From: Polyangiaceae bacterium
GTDB taxonomy: Bacteria > Myxococcota_A > Polyangia > Polyangiales > Polyangiaceae
Length of the DNA stretch: 64,000 nt
Assembly: GCA_965222375.1 (NCBI GenBank)
Contig: CBDCTZ010000015.1
Span: forward strand, 1,152,001 to 1,216,000
Reading direction: 5' to 3'
Position 1 is the stretch's first letter. Each line of letters opens with the position of its first letter. A model generated the notes under the pieces. That model had not been told where the DNA came from. It saw only the letters and a program-made list of their open reading frames with translations, and did no database searches. The position numbers were made by a program, and so were the translations under genes. Of the stretch, positions 29,075 to 38,362 are shown piece after piece.

Positions 29075-30358
29075 TCATTCGGCAGGCTCTGCGTCCGGCA
29101 CCGAGAGGGTAACACTCTTGAGCAACAGCCAAGAGACAATGGCCGAGGTTCCCGGGCGCTGGGACCACAGCCAATCGTGGGTGAGCAGTGCAGTGCGGCG
29201 GGCTACTGCTCGCTTGAGCCTGGATTCGCCGACGAACGCCAGGGGCACGACCACCAGATCGTCGCTACCGTGAAGCTCTGGGTCGAACTCCGCGCGCTCG
29301 AAACTCAGCTGGGGAGGGCTTTCGACGGAGTCGAGATAACGACAGGCCTTGGCAATACTGGCAGCACTGCGATCCACGACTCGAAGCCGCGCGAGCGGAA
29401 ACACCCGCGCTAGAACCAGCGCCGAGCGGGGAAACAAGCCACCACCGACAATCGTGATGCGCCGGGGCGCGCTGGGCAGGCCGCCCACGACGCGCTTGAA
29501 GGCAGCCAAGTGAGTGGCAACCATGAAGCGCTGAATCAAACCGGACGCCAAGGCGAGGCGCTCCAGAGCACACAAGAAGCTCGCCACCCAGCGGCTTGCG
29601 TGGCGGTTCGACGCCTGGGCGAGCAGCTCCAGGGGGCGCCACAAGGGCGGAAGCGCGCTCTGCACGGCGTCGATCTCGGCTCGACGTGCGGGCAGCCGGC
29701 TCCAGTGTTCTGTGGGAAAAAGGTGGTGCTCGGCGTGATAGCCGTCGTTGAACCAGAGCAGATTGTGCAAGCGACCGTAGAAGCTCACACCGACATTCGG
29801 ATCTCCAGTAGCGGCGTGTTCCATGTCGCCCTGGATCCGGCACAGGCCGAGTCCCAGCAGGTACCCAGGCAAGTAGACCAATACGAACACCCGCGGCGCG
29901 CACAGGGCCACGGTGATCATCACCGCGGCGACGACGCACAGTTCGGCCCAAACCGTAGCCGTCCACGGACGGCGCCGAGTCTCGACGGGCTCGCCAGCGT
30001 GGTGCCACAGATGACGGCGGCGCCAGATGGTCTGGGGAATGCCGAGACTCGCGGTCAAAAAGAAACCGAACGCCCGGTTCATGCTCCGCGAGCGAAACAA
30101 GGGCGTGTGCAAGTGAATATGAGAAACCGTGTTGGAGCCCCAAGCCATGCCAACGGCGATGAACAGGGCGGTGGCCACGGCGCCAGCAATGCTGCTCGGC
30201 GCTAGAAACCAGAGCGCACCGACGAGCAGCGCACCTTGAAAGAGCGACGCCAATAGCGGCGACGCGTCACGCGCGGAGCTGCGAAACAAACGCCTGGGGC
30301 GCGAGCGGTCTCCCGCAACGCCAAAGGCCTCGATCCACGGCTCCGCGCGCAATGCCAT
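29075..30358 (-). CDS. Fatty acid desaturase fused to a C-terminal Rossmann/SAM-binding-like domain
   Basis: His boxes HIHLH, HLWHH, YHAEHH with TM segments; then ITIVGGGLFP..LRVVD. Confidence 0.8.
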   Translation of the reverse strand: MALRAEPWIEAFGVAGDRSRPRRLFRSSARDASPLLASLFQGALLVGALWFLAPSSIAGAVATALFIAVGMAWGSNTVSHIHLHTPLFRSRSMNRAFGFFLTASLGIPQTIWRRRHLWHHAGEPVETRRRPWTATVWAELCVVAAVMITVALCAPRVFVLVYLPGYLLGLGLCRIQGDMEHAATGDPNVGVSFYGRLHNLLWFNDGYHAEHHLFPTEHWSRLPARRAEIDAVQSALPPLWRPLELLAQASNRHASRWVASFLCALERLALASGLIQRFMVATHLAAFKRVVGGLPSAPRRITIVGGGLFPRSALVLARVFPLARLRVVDRSAASIAKACRYLDSVESPPQLSFERAEFDPELHGSDDLVVVPLAFVGESRLKRAVARRTALLTHDWLWSQRPGTSAIVSWLLLKSVTLSVPDAEPAE

Positions 30359-30362
30359 CTGC

Positions 30363-31205
30363 TTACTTTCTCCTGGAACGCCGACGCATGCCAATGCCAA
30401 GAGCAGAAAGCGCCGTCAGCCAGAAGAAGGCCATCGGTGCAGACGGAACGCCAGACACGGAGCAACCGCCGTCGTCCCCGCTGGAATCACCGCCGCCAGT
30501 CGTGCCGGCCGTGCCAGCCGCTCCTGCCGAGCTTCCACCCGAACCCGAGCTGGTGCCGCCGCTCGAGGTGCTGCCACCGCTGCCCGTGGAGCCGGCGCTG
30601 CCACCGGTGTTGGCGCTGCCGGCCGTTCCTGCCGTACCTCCACCGGCTCCGGCTGTTCCAGCCGTGCCCGCGGAACCAGCCACGCCGCCGTCAGCGCCAC
30701 CGCCGCCACCAGCACCCGCCGTACCGCCATCAGGTGGCGCGGCGAGGAAGCCCTCGATGACTTTGCAAGGTGTGAAGCCGGTCACCACACCGATCGAAAT
30801 CGGATAGGTGTCCGTCGGGTACAGCACCTTCGAACCCCAAGGACGCAGGGTGCCCGGGTTCTGAGACTGGCTGCCGAAGCCGACACACACGTCGTCCGTC
30901 GCCTTGATGTTCTTCTCGAGATCCGCCCACTCGCTGACGCAAGTGGTCTCCTGCCCCTTGGGGCATTCGTAGTAGAGAAACCCAAGTGCCGGCTCCGAGT
31001 AGCCCGGGTAGCTCGTGCCGCTGCTCTTGTCGTAGAGCATGGCCGCGCCGTGAACCTTCACGCGGGTAGGTGCCTTCGCGTTTGGCTCCAGGTCCACTTG
31101 TTTGACCTTGACCCAAACCGCAACGGGGTAACTGGCCGACGCGGCCGTGGCACCGAGGCTCACGGTCAGTGCCGACAAGAATCCAATCAGGTATCTGCTC
31201 TTCAT
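30363..31205 (-). CDS. Secreted MYXO-CTERM protein with Gly/Ser/Thr linker
   Basis: GGAGG RBS, signal peptide, DDGGCSV..TM..RRRSRRK tail. Confidence 0.88.
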   Translation of the reverse strand: MKSRYLIGFLSALTVSLGATAASASYPVAVWVKVKQVDLEPNAKAPTRVKVHGAAMLYDKSSGTSYPGYSEPALGFLYYECPKGQETTCVSEWADLEKNIKATDDVCVGFGSQSQNPGTLRPWGSKVLYPTDTYPISIGVVTGFTPCKVIEGFLAAPPDGGTAGAGGGGGADGGVAGSAGTAGTAGAGGGTAGTAGSANTGGSAGSTGSGGSTSSGGTSSGSGGSSAGAAGTAGTTGGGDSSGDDGGCSVSGVPSAPMAFFWLTALSALGIGMRRRSRRK

Positions 31206-31240
31206 AAATTGCGACCTCCGAATTTCGCGGGATGACTCTA

Positions 31241-31275
31241 AGCAAGTCGGGGGCCACAATCATAAACTATTGATA
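31241..31275 (-). promoter_or_regulatory. Sigma54 promoter with adjacent IHF site
   Basis: TGGCCCCCGACTTGCT at 31241-31256 (GG-N10-GC); TATCAATAGTTTA at 31263-31275 matches WATCAANNNNTTR exactly. Confidence 0.75.
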
Positions 31276-31634
31276 TTATTATGTTTATTTCAGTTCACCC
31301 TTGACAAGAACGGTGCCAGTTACCGGTAACTCACGCGCAAGTTGCCACCAATCCACGCGGGTTGCTCCGTCGGAACCCGCGAGCACTGAGAGGCGGAGCA
31401 GCCCCTCTGGCCGGGTTGGGGGTCTCAGGGCCCTGGCGTTCAGAGTTACGGGTGCAACTCTGGATCGGGTTCCTGAGAGGACGACCGAGGTGGCTATGGG
31501 TTTTTTGGGGGATGTGCCGGAAGCTGCCGTCATCGGCGGTTCATCGCGGTGCGTGCTGGTGCGTCACCCGCGGAGCAATCGGCCCCTCCACGGCGGCGCG
31601 ATCACGCGGGCCAACAACGAGACTCGTAGTCCGC

Positions 31635-32177
31635 TCACTCTTGCGTGTTGGCGCTAAACCCAATCGGTGCTTCGAGCCAGATCGCCGCGTCGCGTGCGGG
31701 GAACTGGACGGCACGGGCTGCTTTGGTGGCGCATTCGTCTAGGGCGGTCAGTCCGGATGTGCCGGACAGGCGCAGGTCGGTCACCTTTCCGTCGGGGGCA
31801 ACGCTGAGCATCATGCGGACCCAGAGGGGCTTGGTTGGCGGCAGTGCGATGGCGCTGCGATCGGCGCAATCTTGAGCCCGCACGCCAATCGCGTTCAGCG
31901 CGGCCTTGTCGGTCTTGAAGGGCCCCTTGGGCAACTCGGGAGCGACCCCGGCGTCGGAGCCCTTCGCGACCGGGTTCGGCGAGGTCAGAGGCGGCGGCGC
32001 CGCGTCCTCGAGCGGTTTCGCGACCGCAGTCGCTTCGGGCTTGGGTGGCGTCGGTGCACTCGCTACGGGTGGCGCCTCGGATGCGGCGCCGGCAGGTAGA
32101 GGATCCGGAGTTGGATTCATCGCCGGGGGCGGACACGCGGTACACAGCGCGCCCAGCAACGCCCAGCGAACTTTCAC
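31635..32177 (-). CDS. Pro-rich lipoprotein with TonB-C/AgmX-like C-terminal domain
   Basis: GTGA overlap with the S8 gene; SVAPDGKV..LDECATKAARAVQFP. Confidence 0.7.
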   Translation of the reverse strand: MKVRWALLGALCTACPPPAMNPTPDPLPAGAASEAPPVASAPTPPKPEATAVAKPLEDAAPPPLTSPNPVAKGSDAGVAPELPKGPFKTDKAALNAIGVRAQDCADRSAIALPPTKPLWVRMMLSVAPDGKVTDLRLSGTSGLTALDECATKAARAVQFPARDAAIWLEAPIGFSANTQE

Positions 32178-34627
32178 CGCCGCCTCCGGAGCCTGAGCAA
32201 CACCATGGCGGAGAGGATAAGACCAATCACGGCTGGAGCGGAACCCCGACGCCCCAGGCTGCAACCACCCCGCGCCGAGGGCTGTGCGCCAACCACCCAG
32301 GGGTCCACTCCAATCGCGACGTCTTCCTCAGCGATTACGACATCGTCGAATCTGAGCAAGACACGCATGCGCTCACCTCCGCTACCCGCAGGCGCGGCCA
32401 CGGCGAAGCGCCACAGCCCGGGCGCAACACGGGTCAATGGCGAAGTGACGCTTCCGCGCTGCACTTCGAGTCGCAACCTGCTTGCGTCAAAACCATCGAC
32501 CAGCAGATCACCGTCCTTGCGCAACTCGGCCAGGCCAGCGAGTTCCCATTTCGGATCTGGACGCGCCAAAGCGCTGCTGAGAACCAGCCAACTCGCTTCT
32601 GCGGTTGGAGTGCCGCCGAGGGGCGACAGGTCACTGTCCAGGGCGGCCAGGGAGTTCTGGATGTTCAACACGCCGGGCCCAAGCTGTTGCTTTAGCGGCA
32701 CGTTGCCTCTGGAGCGCCGGGCGCCGGCTTGGAGCAGAGCGAGGAGCTCAGGCTGGGTCAAGGTCGGGCGCCGCTCCAACAGCAGGGCGATCGCACCTGC
32801 CACGATGGGAGCCGCCATGCTGGTGCCACTGGTCACGGCGTGGAAGTCGTCCACCACCAGGCAGTTTTTCTGGTCCCCACAGGTCGCGGTTCCCGCGAAG
32901 AGACCATTGCCACCGTTGAGCCCAGGGTCGACCAGGTTGCTCATGGCGCCGATCACGAAGGCGCCCGGAGCGCTGATGTCGGGCTTGACCTGACCTAGCG
33001 CGTTGGGACCCACTCCGCTGAAGAACGCAGCCGAGTCATCCTTCGGTTTCACGGAGCCAAAGGTATCGATGCGGACTGCGTTGCCTCCTCGGTCGAGCCA
33101 GGTGGAACGATTGAGGGTCGCTCCTACGGCAATCAAAGCGCTGCCAGTGGCGGGGATCCCAATGGTACCCTCCTTGAGCGCGCGCGGGAAAAGCGCGCCA
33201 GTGCTACCGGCGCCAGGGGTGAGATCACCTTCGCTCTGCACCCAAAGAGACGCACTGCCGCGACCTTGCAGCCGCACTGCGAAGGTCTCGCCGGACTTCC
33301 ACGTCCCATCCAGGACGATCACCGCGCCAGGTACGCCGACAGGGATCGGGCTCGAAGAACCGCTCTCCTGATTCAACACCGTCGCGGTCAGCCCACTTCG
33401 TTCCACGGAGCCGCTCTCGCCCCGCGAAAGCGGCGGAACGAGCTCGCCATCCGAATCATCCAAGCCGACGCGCAAGTCGTCTTCGGCGCGGGACGCGATC
33501 CAAACGAAAATGCTCGCCCGAGTGGTCGGCCCTGGCACCGGCGGCGACAGGATCGGTACGCGCACGTCCGACGCGCGGGGAACGTGTACCTCGGTATGGA
33601 TCCCAAAGGGACCCGGGTAGGCCTTGGAAACGTTGGTATAGACACCTGCGCTGTTACCCGCGGCCACGACGATGGCGCGACCTGGCCGGCCGGCACCTAC
33701 GAACTCCGAGAGGGATTGCTCCAAGGCAGCAGTGCCATCATGACCGCCGAAGTCACTGCCCAAGCTGAGGTTGACCACGCCGGGCATCTTCAAGGCCTCG
33801 GCACGATCGAAGATGAAACGCGTGGCTAAGACTACGTCGGGGTCGAAGATGGACCCATCGTCGGAGCGCGTAACCCGCACCATGACGAGGGTCGCGTTCG
33901 GCGCCACCCCGGAGTACTTGGGTGGACTCGTGGAGCTGCCGTTGCCGGCTGCGAGGGATCCGACATGGGTTCCGTGACCGAAAGCGTCCCGCGGAAGCTG
34001 CTTGGAGTCCGCAGCGATCATCTCGTCCAGCTCGGCAGCGCTGTACACGGCGCAGGGCGACTCCTTGGAGTCGCAGCCGAAGCTGTTCTCCAGAGCAGCG
34101 TGTTTACCGGTCGGGTTCCGGGACAAGTCCAAGACCCAAGCCACCCGAGTCGTACCATCCGGATTTCGGAAGTCGGGGTGCCGGGGATCAAAGCCCGTGT
34201 CGACGATGCCGACCACCACGCCCTTGCCGCTCAAGCCGGTCAAGTTGCGGGCAACGCCAGCCTTGACCCAGTTGTTGGCGAGGTTCAGTAGCGGCCGCCG
34301 CGGCGGCGACCAATGCGCCACCACGCTCTCGGGCAGCCCGGCCAGCTCCGCGGGTGTGGCGGCGAGGGCAGCGAAGCCGGGAGCCACGGGAACCGCATTT
34401 GGAAGGCCCGAGGGAGGGTTGCGCACCAAGACCCGCAGCCGACCGTCGGGAGCAATTCTGGAGGGCGCAGAGCTTGCGCCACGCTTGGCCCAGGCGGAGC
34501 GCAGCCAGGTTTCGCTCAAACGACGCGCGTCCACATCTGCTGCGGCGCTTGCGGTGAGCAGGAAGCTGCCCAGAGCCCAAGCCAAACCGGCGCGGAGTCT
34601 TGCCCGTGTTGTGGGTGGTGCACTCAT
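32174..34627 (-). CDS. Subtilisin-like S8 serine peptidase with MYXO-CTERM-like tail
   Basis: IVDTG, HGTHV, AAGN, SGTSMAAP; GGCS..TM..RRRR. Confidence 0.93.
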   Translation of the reverse strand: MSAPPTTRARLRAGLAWALGSFLLTASAAADVDARRLSETWLRSAWAKRGASSAPSRIAPDGRLRVLVRNPPSGLPNAVPVAPGFAALAATPAELAGLPESVVAHWSPPRRPLLNLANNWVKAGVARNLTGLSGKGVVVGIVDTGFDPRHPDFRNPDGTTRVAWVLDLSRNPTGKHAALENSFGCDSKESPCAVYSAAELDEMIAADSKQLPRDAFGHGTHVGSLAAGNGSSTSPPKYSGVAPNATLVMVRVTRSDDGSIFDPDVVLATRFIFDRAEALKMPGVVNLSLGSDFGGHDGTAALEQSLSEFVGAGRPGRAIVVAAGNSAGVYTNVSKAYPGPFGIHTEVHVPRASDVRVPILSPPVPGPTTRASIFVWIASRAEDDLRVGLDDSDGELVPPLSRGESGSVERSGLTATVLNQESGSSSPIPVGVPGAVIVLDGTWKSGETFAVRLQGRGSASLWVQSEGDLTPGAGSTGALFPRALKEGTIGIPATGSALIAVGATLNRSTWLDRGGNAVRIDTFGSVKPKDDSAAFFSGVGPNALGQVKPDISAPGAFVIGAMSNLVDPGLNGGNGLFAGTATCGDQKNCLVVDDFHAVTSGTSMAAPIVAGAIALLLERRPTLTQPELLALLQAGARRSRGNVPLKQQLGPGVLNIQNSLAALDSDLSPLGGTPTAEASWLVLSSALARPDPKWELAGLAELRKDGDLLVDGFDASRLRLEVQRGSVTSPLTRVAPGLWRFAVAAPAGSGGERMRVLLRFDDVVIAEEDVAIGVDPWVVGAQPSARGGCSLGRRGSAPAVIGLILSAMVLLRLRRRR

Positions 34628-34634
34628 GGCCGGT

Positions 34635-35513
34635 TCAATCTTCTGCGATGAGTCGTTGGATGAGAAGCTCCGTGGCCGCGAAACTCTCTTCGTCGTAGCC
34701 AACCACGGTCTCCCGCACGATCCCCTTCTTGTCGATGACAAAAAGCGTCGGCAAGGCAAGGGCGCGATAGGCCTCCGTGGTCTTACCGCTGGGGTCTGAC
34801 AGCACCGTGTAGGCCATGGAAAGCTGTGAGGTCGTGGCGCTGGCGATGGACATGGGATCCGTCGTGACGGCGAGTAGCTCGAGCCCCTGGGCCTGGTACT
34901 GATCTCGCCACAGGTTGAGCTTGGGCACGAGGAATCGGCACACCGCGCACCAGGAAGCCCAGAACTCGAGGACCACGACCTTGCCGCGCAAGTCTCGTAG
35001 CGAAGACACGGACACGCCTTGTACAGTCTTGAGGTCCGTGAGCCGCGGCGCCGGCTGGCCGACGAAGCGCACGCGCATCACGTCCGAGTCGTCCGCCGGA
35101 GCGGGCCCCAGTTCCACCGCGAGCATGCGCACGCCGCTGGACCGCTCGAGGGCGACGCTGACCCGGGCTCCGGCGGGTCGACGGCTCACCGCGCGCACCA
35201 CATCGCCAGGCGCGGTGATGCGAGCACCATCCACGCGGATGATTCGGTCCCCGCTAGCGATGCCCGCCCGAGCTGCAGGCGATCCCCGCAGCACATCCCG
35301 CACCAAGGCTCCGGCCTGCTCGGGCGGCGCGCTGACCAGCTCCACGCCTAGCCAGCCCCGCGCCGCGTTTCCCCGGATCTGCGGTGCATGCTCCGGCTGC
35401 GGCTCGGGCACCACCGTGGGCTCGGGAGCAGGGTCTGGTGCAGCGATCCGTTGCGACTGTGGTCCTGCGCAGGCGACCAAGAGCACAGCAACGACGCTCA
35501 GCGCGCTTTTCAC
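34635..35513 (-). CDS. PDZ plus TlpA-like thioredoxin lipoprotein
   Basis: LVAC lipobox, GWLGV..SPAARAGI..GDRI PDZ, FWASWCAVC. Confidence 0.88.
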   Translation of the reverse strand: MKSALSVVAVLLVACAGPQSQRIAAPDPAPEPTVVPEPQPEHAPQIRGNAARGWLGVELVSAPPEQAGALVRDVLRGSPAARAGIASGDRIIRVDGARITAPGDVVRAVSRRPAGARVSVALERSSGVRMLAVELGPAPADDSDVMRVRFVGQPAPRLTDLKTVQGVSVSSLRDLRGKVVVLEFWASWCAVCRFLVPKLNLWRDQYQAQGLELLAVTTDPMSIASATTSQLSMAYTVLSDPSGKTTEAYRALALPTLFVIDKKGIVRETVVGYDEESFAATELLIQRLIAED

Positions 35514-35538
35514 CCCTTCGTGGTACCATGCGCGGCCG

Positions 35539-36054
35539 TTGCACGCATCGACACCGACTTGGGCCGTGGTCTCCCTTTGCGCTGCTTGTGCGGCAACTTC
35601 GCCCAACGACGACTGGGCGGGATCGTCGAGCAATCCGCGCTATGCTGCGAGCAAGCCCACCAAACCACCGTCGCCCGTGCCCTGGGCGGGCTTCAAGCAA
35701 GCGATGGCTCTGCCGGTGGCCGCACCGGGTCCGCGACGTAGCCATGGTCACGCGGATGGGCGCTATGCGATCGAAGTGCGCGTCGGGCCCGAACAGGCCC
35801 AAACCGCCTACGAATCCTGGACTGCAGGCTCGGAGATGCCGGTCGGCACGACCTTGATTGCGACCCACCATGACCGGCGCCGCGGACGCACCGGGCCCAT
35901 CTATGCGATGCGCAAAGAGAAGTCGGGCTGGGATTTCGCGGTGCTCAGCACCACCGGCATGCGCGAGCGAGTCCCCGTGGACCTATGCGAGCGCTGCCAC
36001 GTGGAGGCAGGGGCCGACCACATCTTCGGCCCTCCACGCCAAAGCGGGGAATGA
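35539..36054 (+). CDS. c-type heme lipoprotein, cytochrome P460-like
   Basis: MPVGT..AMRK..GWDF..CERCH..DHIF; start codon uncertain. Confidence 0.65.
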   Translation: MHASTPTWAVVSLCAACAATSPNDDWAGSSSNPRYAASKPTKPPSPVPWAGFKQAMALPVAAPGPRRSHGHADGRYAIEVRVGPEQAQTAYESWTAGSEMPVGTTLIATHHDRRRGRTGPIYAMRKEKSGWDFAVLSTTGMRERVPVDLCERCHVEAGADHIFGPPRQSGE

Positions 36055-36104
36055 ACTGTCCAGGGCTCCCGTTGTTGAAACCGAATCGGGTACCTCGGGC
36101 GTAC

Positions 36105-36143
36105 AAAAAGCGAAGACCCGTTGGGGTAGCCAACGGGTCTCGC
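36105..36143 (-). terminator. Intrinsic terminator
   Basis: GCGAGACCCGTTGG-CTAC-CCCAACGGGTCTTCGC stem followed by TTTTT on the minus strand. Confidence 0.8.
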
Positions 36144-36281
36144 GGGAAATCTGAGGAAGTTAAGAAAAACTAAGTTAATTCAGATAGATAGGATTAAGTC
36201 TAAGCCAAGCCGCTAACAGCACCCCATCCCCGGGGCATTAAGTCTGAAAGTCCAAGCCCGGGCGTCAGCCCGGAAAAGCGA
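36105..36281 (-). ncRNA. Candidate sigma54-dependent small RNA (~175 nt)
   Basis: Bounded by a sigma54 promoter and a terminator; no credible ORF; U-rich with repeated CUUA/ACUU motifs. Confidence 0.55.
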
Positions 36282-36291
36282 TGAGACTACA

Positions 36292-36345
36292 AGCAGACGG
36301 CGTGCCAGTTGACCCAGGTCAGTCATTAAACTTAATAATTTCATA
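36292..36345 (-). promoter_or_regulatory. Sigma54 promoter plus IHF-like site
   Basis: TGGCACGCCGTCTGCT at 36292-36307; TATGAAATTATTA at 36333-36345 (one mismatch to IHF consensus). Confidence 0.7.
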
Positions 36346-36481
36346 CGTTTAGAACCAAAATCTGGACTCGCGCGCGCGGCGAACCTCGAATCGAACGCTC
36401 CAGCCCCTGGCGTTCGTGTCATACCCTCCGGGCCACGGAGCAAGATCTGCGGGACTTGGCGAAATGCCCCCAATCCTGTGG

Positions 36482-36603
36482 AAAACTCGTGCTTGAACCT
36501 CGATGAGCCACCCCACCCGGGTTGATGGATTCGCGCCGGGTCAAAACTCGTGCTTGAACCTCGATGAGTCACCCCACCCGGGTTGATGGATTCGCGCCGG
36601 GTT
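36482..36603. repeat. 61-bp tandem duplication
   Basis: AAAACTCGTGCTTGAACCTCGATGAG(C/T)CACCCCACCCGGGTTGATGGATTCGCGCCGGGT twice, abutting the aroE stop. Confidence 0.92.
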
Positions 36604-37435
36604 AGGGGATCTGCGCCCGGAGCGCTGCGTCCATTTGTTCCAGCGGAGCCGCCTGGCCCGTGTACAGCTCGAATTGCCGACACGCTTGGTGCAGCAGCAT
36701 GCGTCCGCCGTCGATGACCGTGGCGCCGGCCGCCTCGGCGGCCTCGATCAGCGCCGTGCGCAGGGGCTTGTACACGATGTCCATGACGACGAGTCCGCTC
36801 GCCAGGATCTCTTCCGGAACCGGGCTCTGGCCCCCTCGCTCCTTCATGGTCGCGGAGGTGGCCTGCACGATGATGTCGGCACCTGAAAACGTCTCCGGCG
36901 TCAGCGCGCGCGACCCGACATGCTGAGCGGCTCCGGGCAGATTGTCAGCGACGCTCCGAGCCAAAGCGTCTCCCCGCTCCACAGTCCGGTTGGCAACGGT
37001 AACCCGCGCACCCGCATCGGTGAGCCCAAAGGCGACGGCTCGGGCAGCACCACCGGCCCCAACGACGACTGCACGCTTGCCGTCCAGGGTCGTCACCTCC
37101 TGAAGCGCACGCACGGCGCCGTCGGCATCGGTGTTGTAACCGGTCAATACGCCGTCATCGTTCACCACCGTGTTCACGGCACCGATGCGCTTCGCCAAGT
37201 CATCGAGGCCGTCCAGGTGGGGCATGATCTCGAGCTTGAAAGGCATGGACACGCCGAGGCCGCGAATCCCCAACGCGCGCATACCGGTCAGCGCTCCAGC
37301 CAGGTCCTCGACGCCAAATGGTACGTATATGTAGCTCAAGCCCAACGCGCGATAGCCTGCCTCGTGCATGGCGCGTCCGAGTCCCACCGGATACTTGGAA
37401 AGCGAACCGCACAGCGTGACCCTGCCCGAACTCAT
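36602..37435 (-). CDS. aroE: Shikimate dehydrogenase
   Basis: VSMPFK, GAVNT, NTD, GAGGAA, NRT, DIVY, MLLHQA. Confidence 0.92.
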   Translation of the reverse strand: MSSGRVTLCGSLSKYPVGLGRAMHEAGYRALGLSYIYVPFGVEDLAGALTGMRALGIRGLGVSMPFKLEIMPHLDGLDDLAKRIGAVNTVVNDDGVLTGYNTDADGAVRALQEVTTLDGKRAVVVGAGGAARAVAFGLTDAGARVTVANRTVERGDALARSVADNLPGAAQHVGSRALTPETFSGADIIVQATSATMKERGGQSPVPEEILASGLVVMDIVYKPLRTALIEAAEAAGATVIDGGRMLLHQACRQFELYTGQAAPLEQMDAALRAQIP

Positions 37436-37717
37436 GCGCGGCAGGGTAGCACTGCGATTCGCGCACTTTGATTGGGTTTAGTCGACGCGCGTCGCAACAC
37501 CGGACGGGGTGCGAAACCGGGGCGTCGTTGGCGCCCTAATCTCGTGCGTGTGCAGCCATTCCGGACTCGACGGCCTGGCGGCGGGAGCAGCCGCCCCGGC
37601 GCCTGCCAAGAGCGGCCCGAAGCCGCGCATTTCGAGCTGGTTTTCGAGGCAATCAGCTCCCATCAGAAGCCCGTTGTGGAAAGCCGTGGTCGTGCTATGA
37701 AGGCGGCCCCAATTTTT

Positions 37718-37791
37718 GCACCCGTAGCTCAGCTGGATAGAGCATCGGTCTACGGAACCGAGGGTCGCACGTTCGAATCGTGCCGGGTGCG
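37718..37791 (+). tRNA. tRNA-Arg(ACG), CCA not encoded
   Basis: Cloverleaf GCACCCG..CGGGTGC, anticodon loop CTACGGA, T-loop TTCGAAT. Confidence 0.96.
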
Positions 37792-37826
37792 CAAACAGCG
37801 CTGCACCAGAGTGCAGACGGCGGAAG

Positions 37827-38297
37827 ATGACGAGTCACGAAGAGTGGATGCGAGAGGCGCTCCGCGAAGCCGATATTGCAGCCGAGGCCGGAGACGTGCC
37901 GGTTGGCGCCGTCATCGTGAGCGCCGAGGGCGTCGAGCTCGGGCGGGGTCAAAACCGGCGCGAGCAAGACCAAGATCCGACCGCCCACGCCGAGATCGTC
38001 GCGCTACGCGCTGCGGCCGCGAACACCGGGCATTGGCGCCTCGAGGGCAGCACGATCTACGTGACCCTAGAACCTTGCCCGATGTGTGCGGGGGCGTTGA
38101 TCAATGCTCGGGTTGCCCACGTGGTCTATGGGGCCACGGATCCCAAGGCCGGAGCTCTCGAGTCCCTGTACAACTTGGGCAACGACCTGCGCCTGAACCA
38201 CCGCCTCGATTCGGTGACCCCCGGCGTCCTACAGCAGGAGTGCGTACAGCGGCTGCAGGCCTTCTTCGCGAAACTGAGAGCCGCAGGAGAGAAGTAG
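37827..38297 (+). CDS. tadA: tRNA adenosine(34) deaminase
   Basis: VPVGAV, DPTAHAE, TLEPCPMCAGA, DPKAGA, LNH. Confidence 0.95.
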   Translation: MTSHEEWMREALREADIAAEAGDVPVGAVIVSAEGVELGRGQNRREQDQDPTAHAEIVALRAAAANTGHWRLEGSTIYVTLEPCPMCAGALINARVAHVVYGATDPKAGALESLYNLGNDLRLNHRLDSVTPGVLQQECVQRLQAFFAKLRAAGEK

Positions 38298-38362
38298 CGC
38301 TGGACCAGGGCGCGACCGAACCGCGCCCAAGTCGAGCGCCGTAGCCCTTTGCTACCGGTAGT

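Noticed and set aside
31301..31330. TTGACA as a plus-strand sigma70 promoter
   Set aside because: No acceptable -10 hexamer at 16-18 bp spacing.
31385..31480. SAM-I or TPP riboswitch resemblance (GAGAGGCGGAG, CTGAGAG, GGTGCAA)
   Set aside because: The remaining core motifs are missing and no gene lies downstream on that strand.
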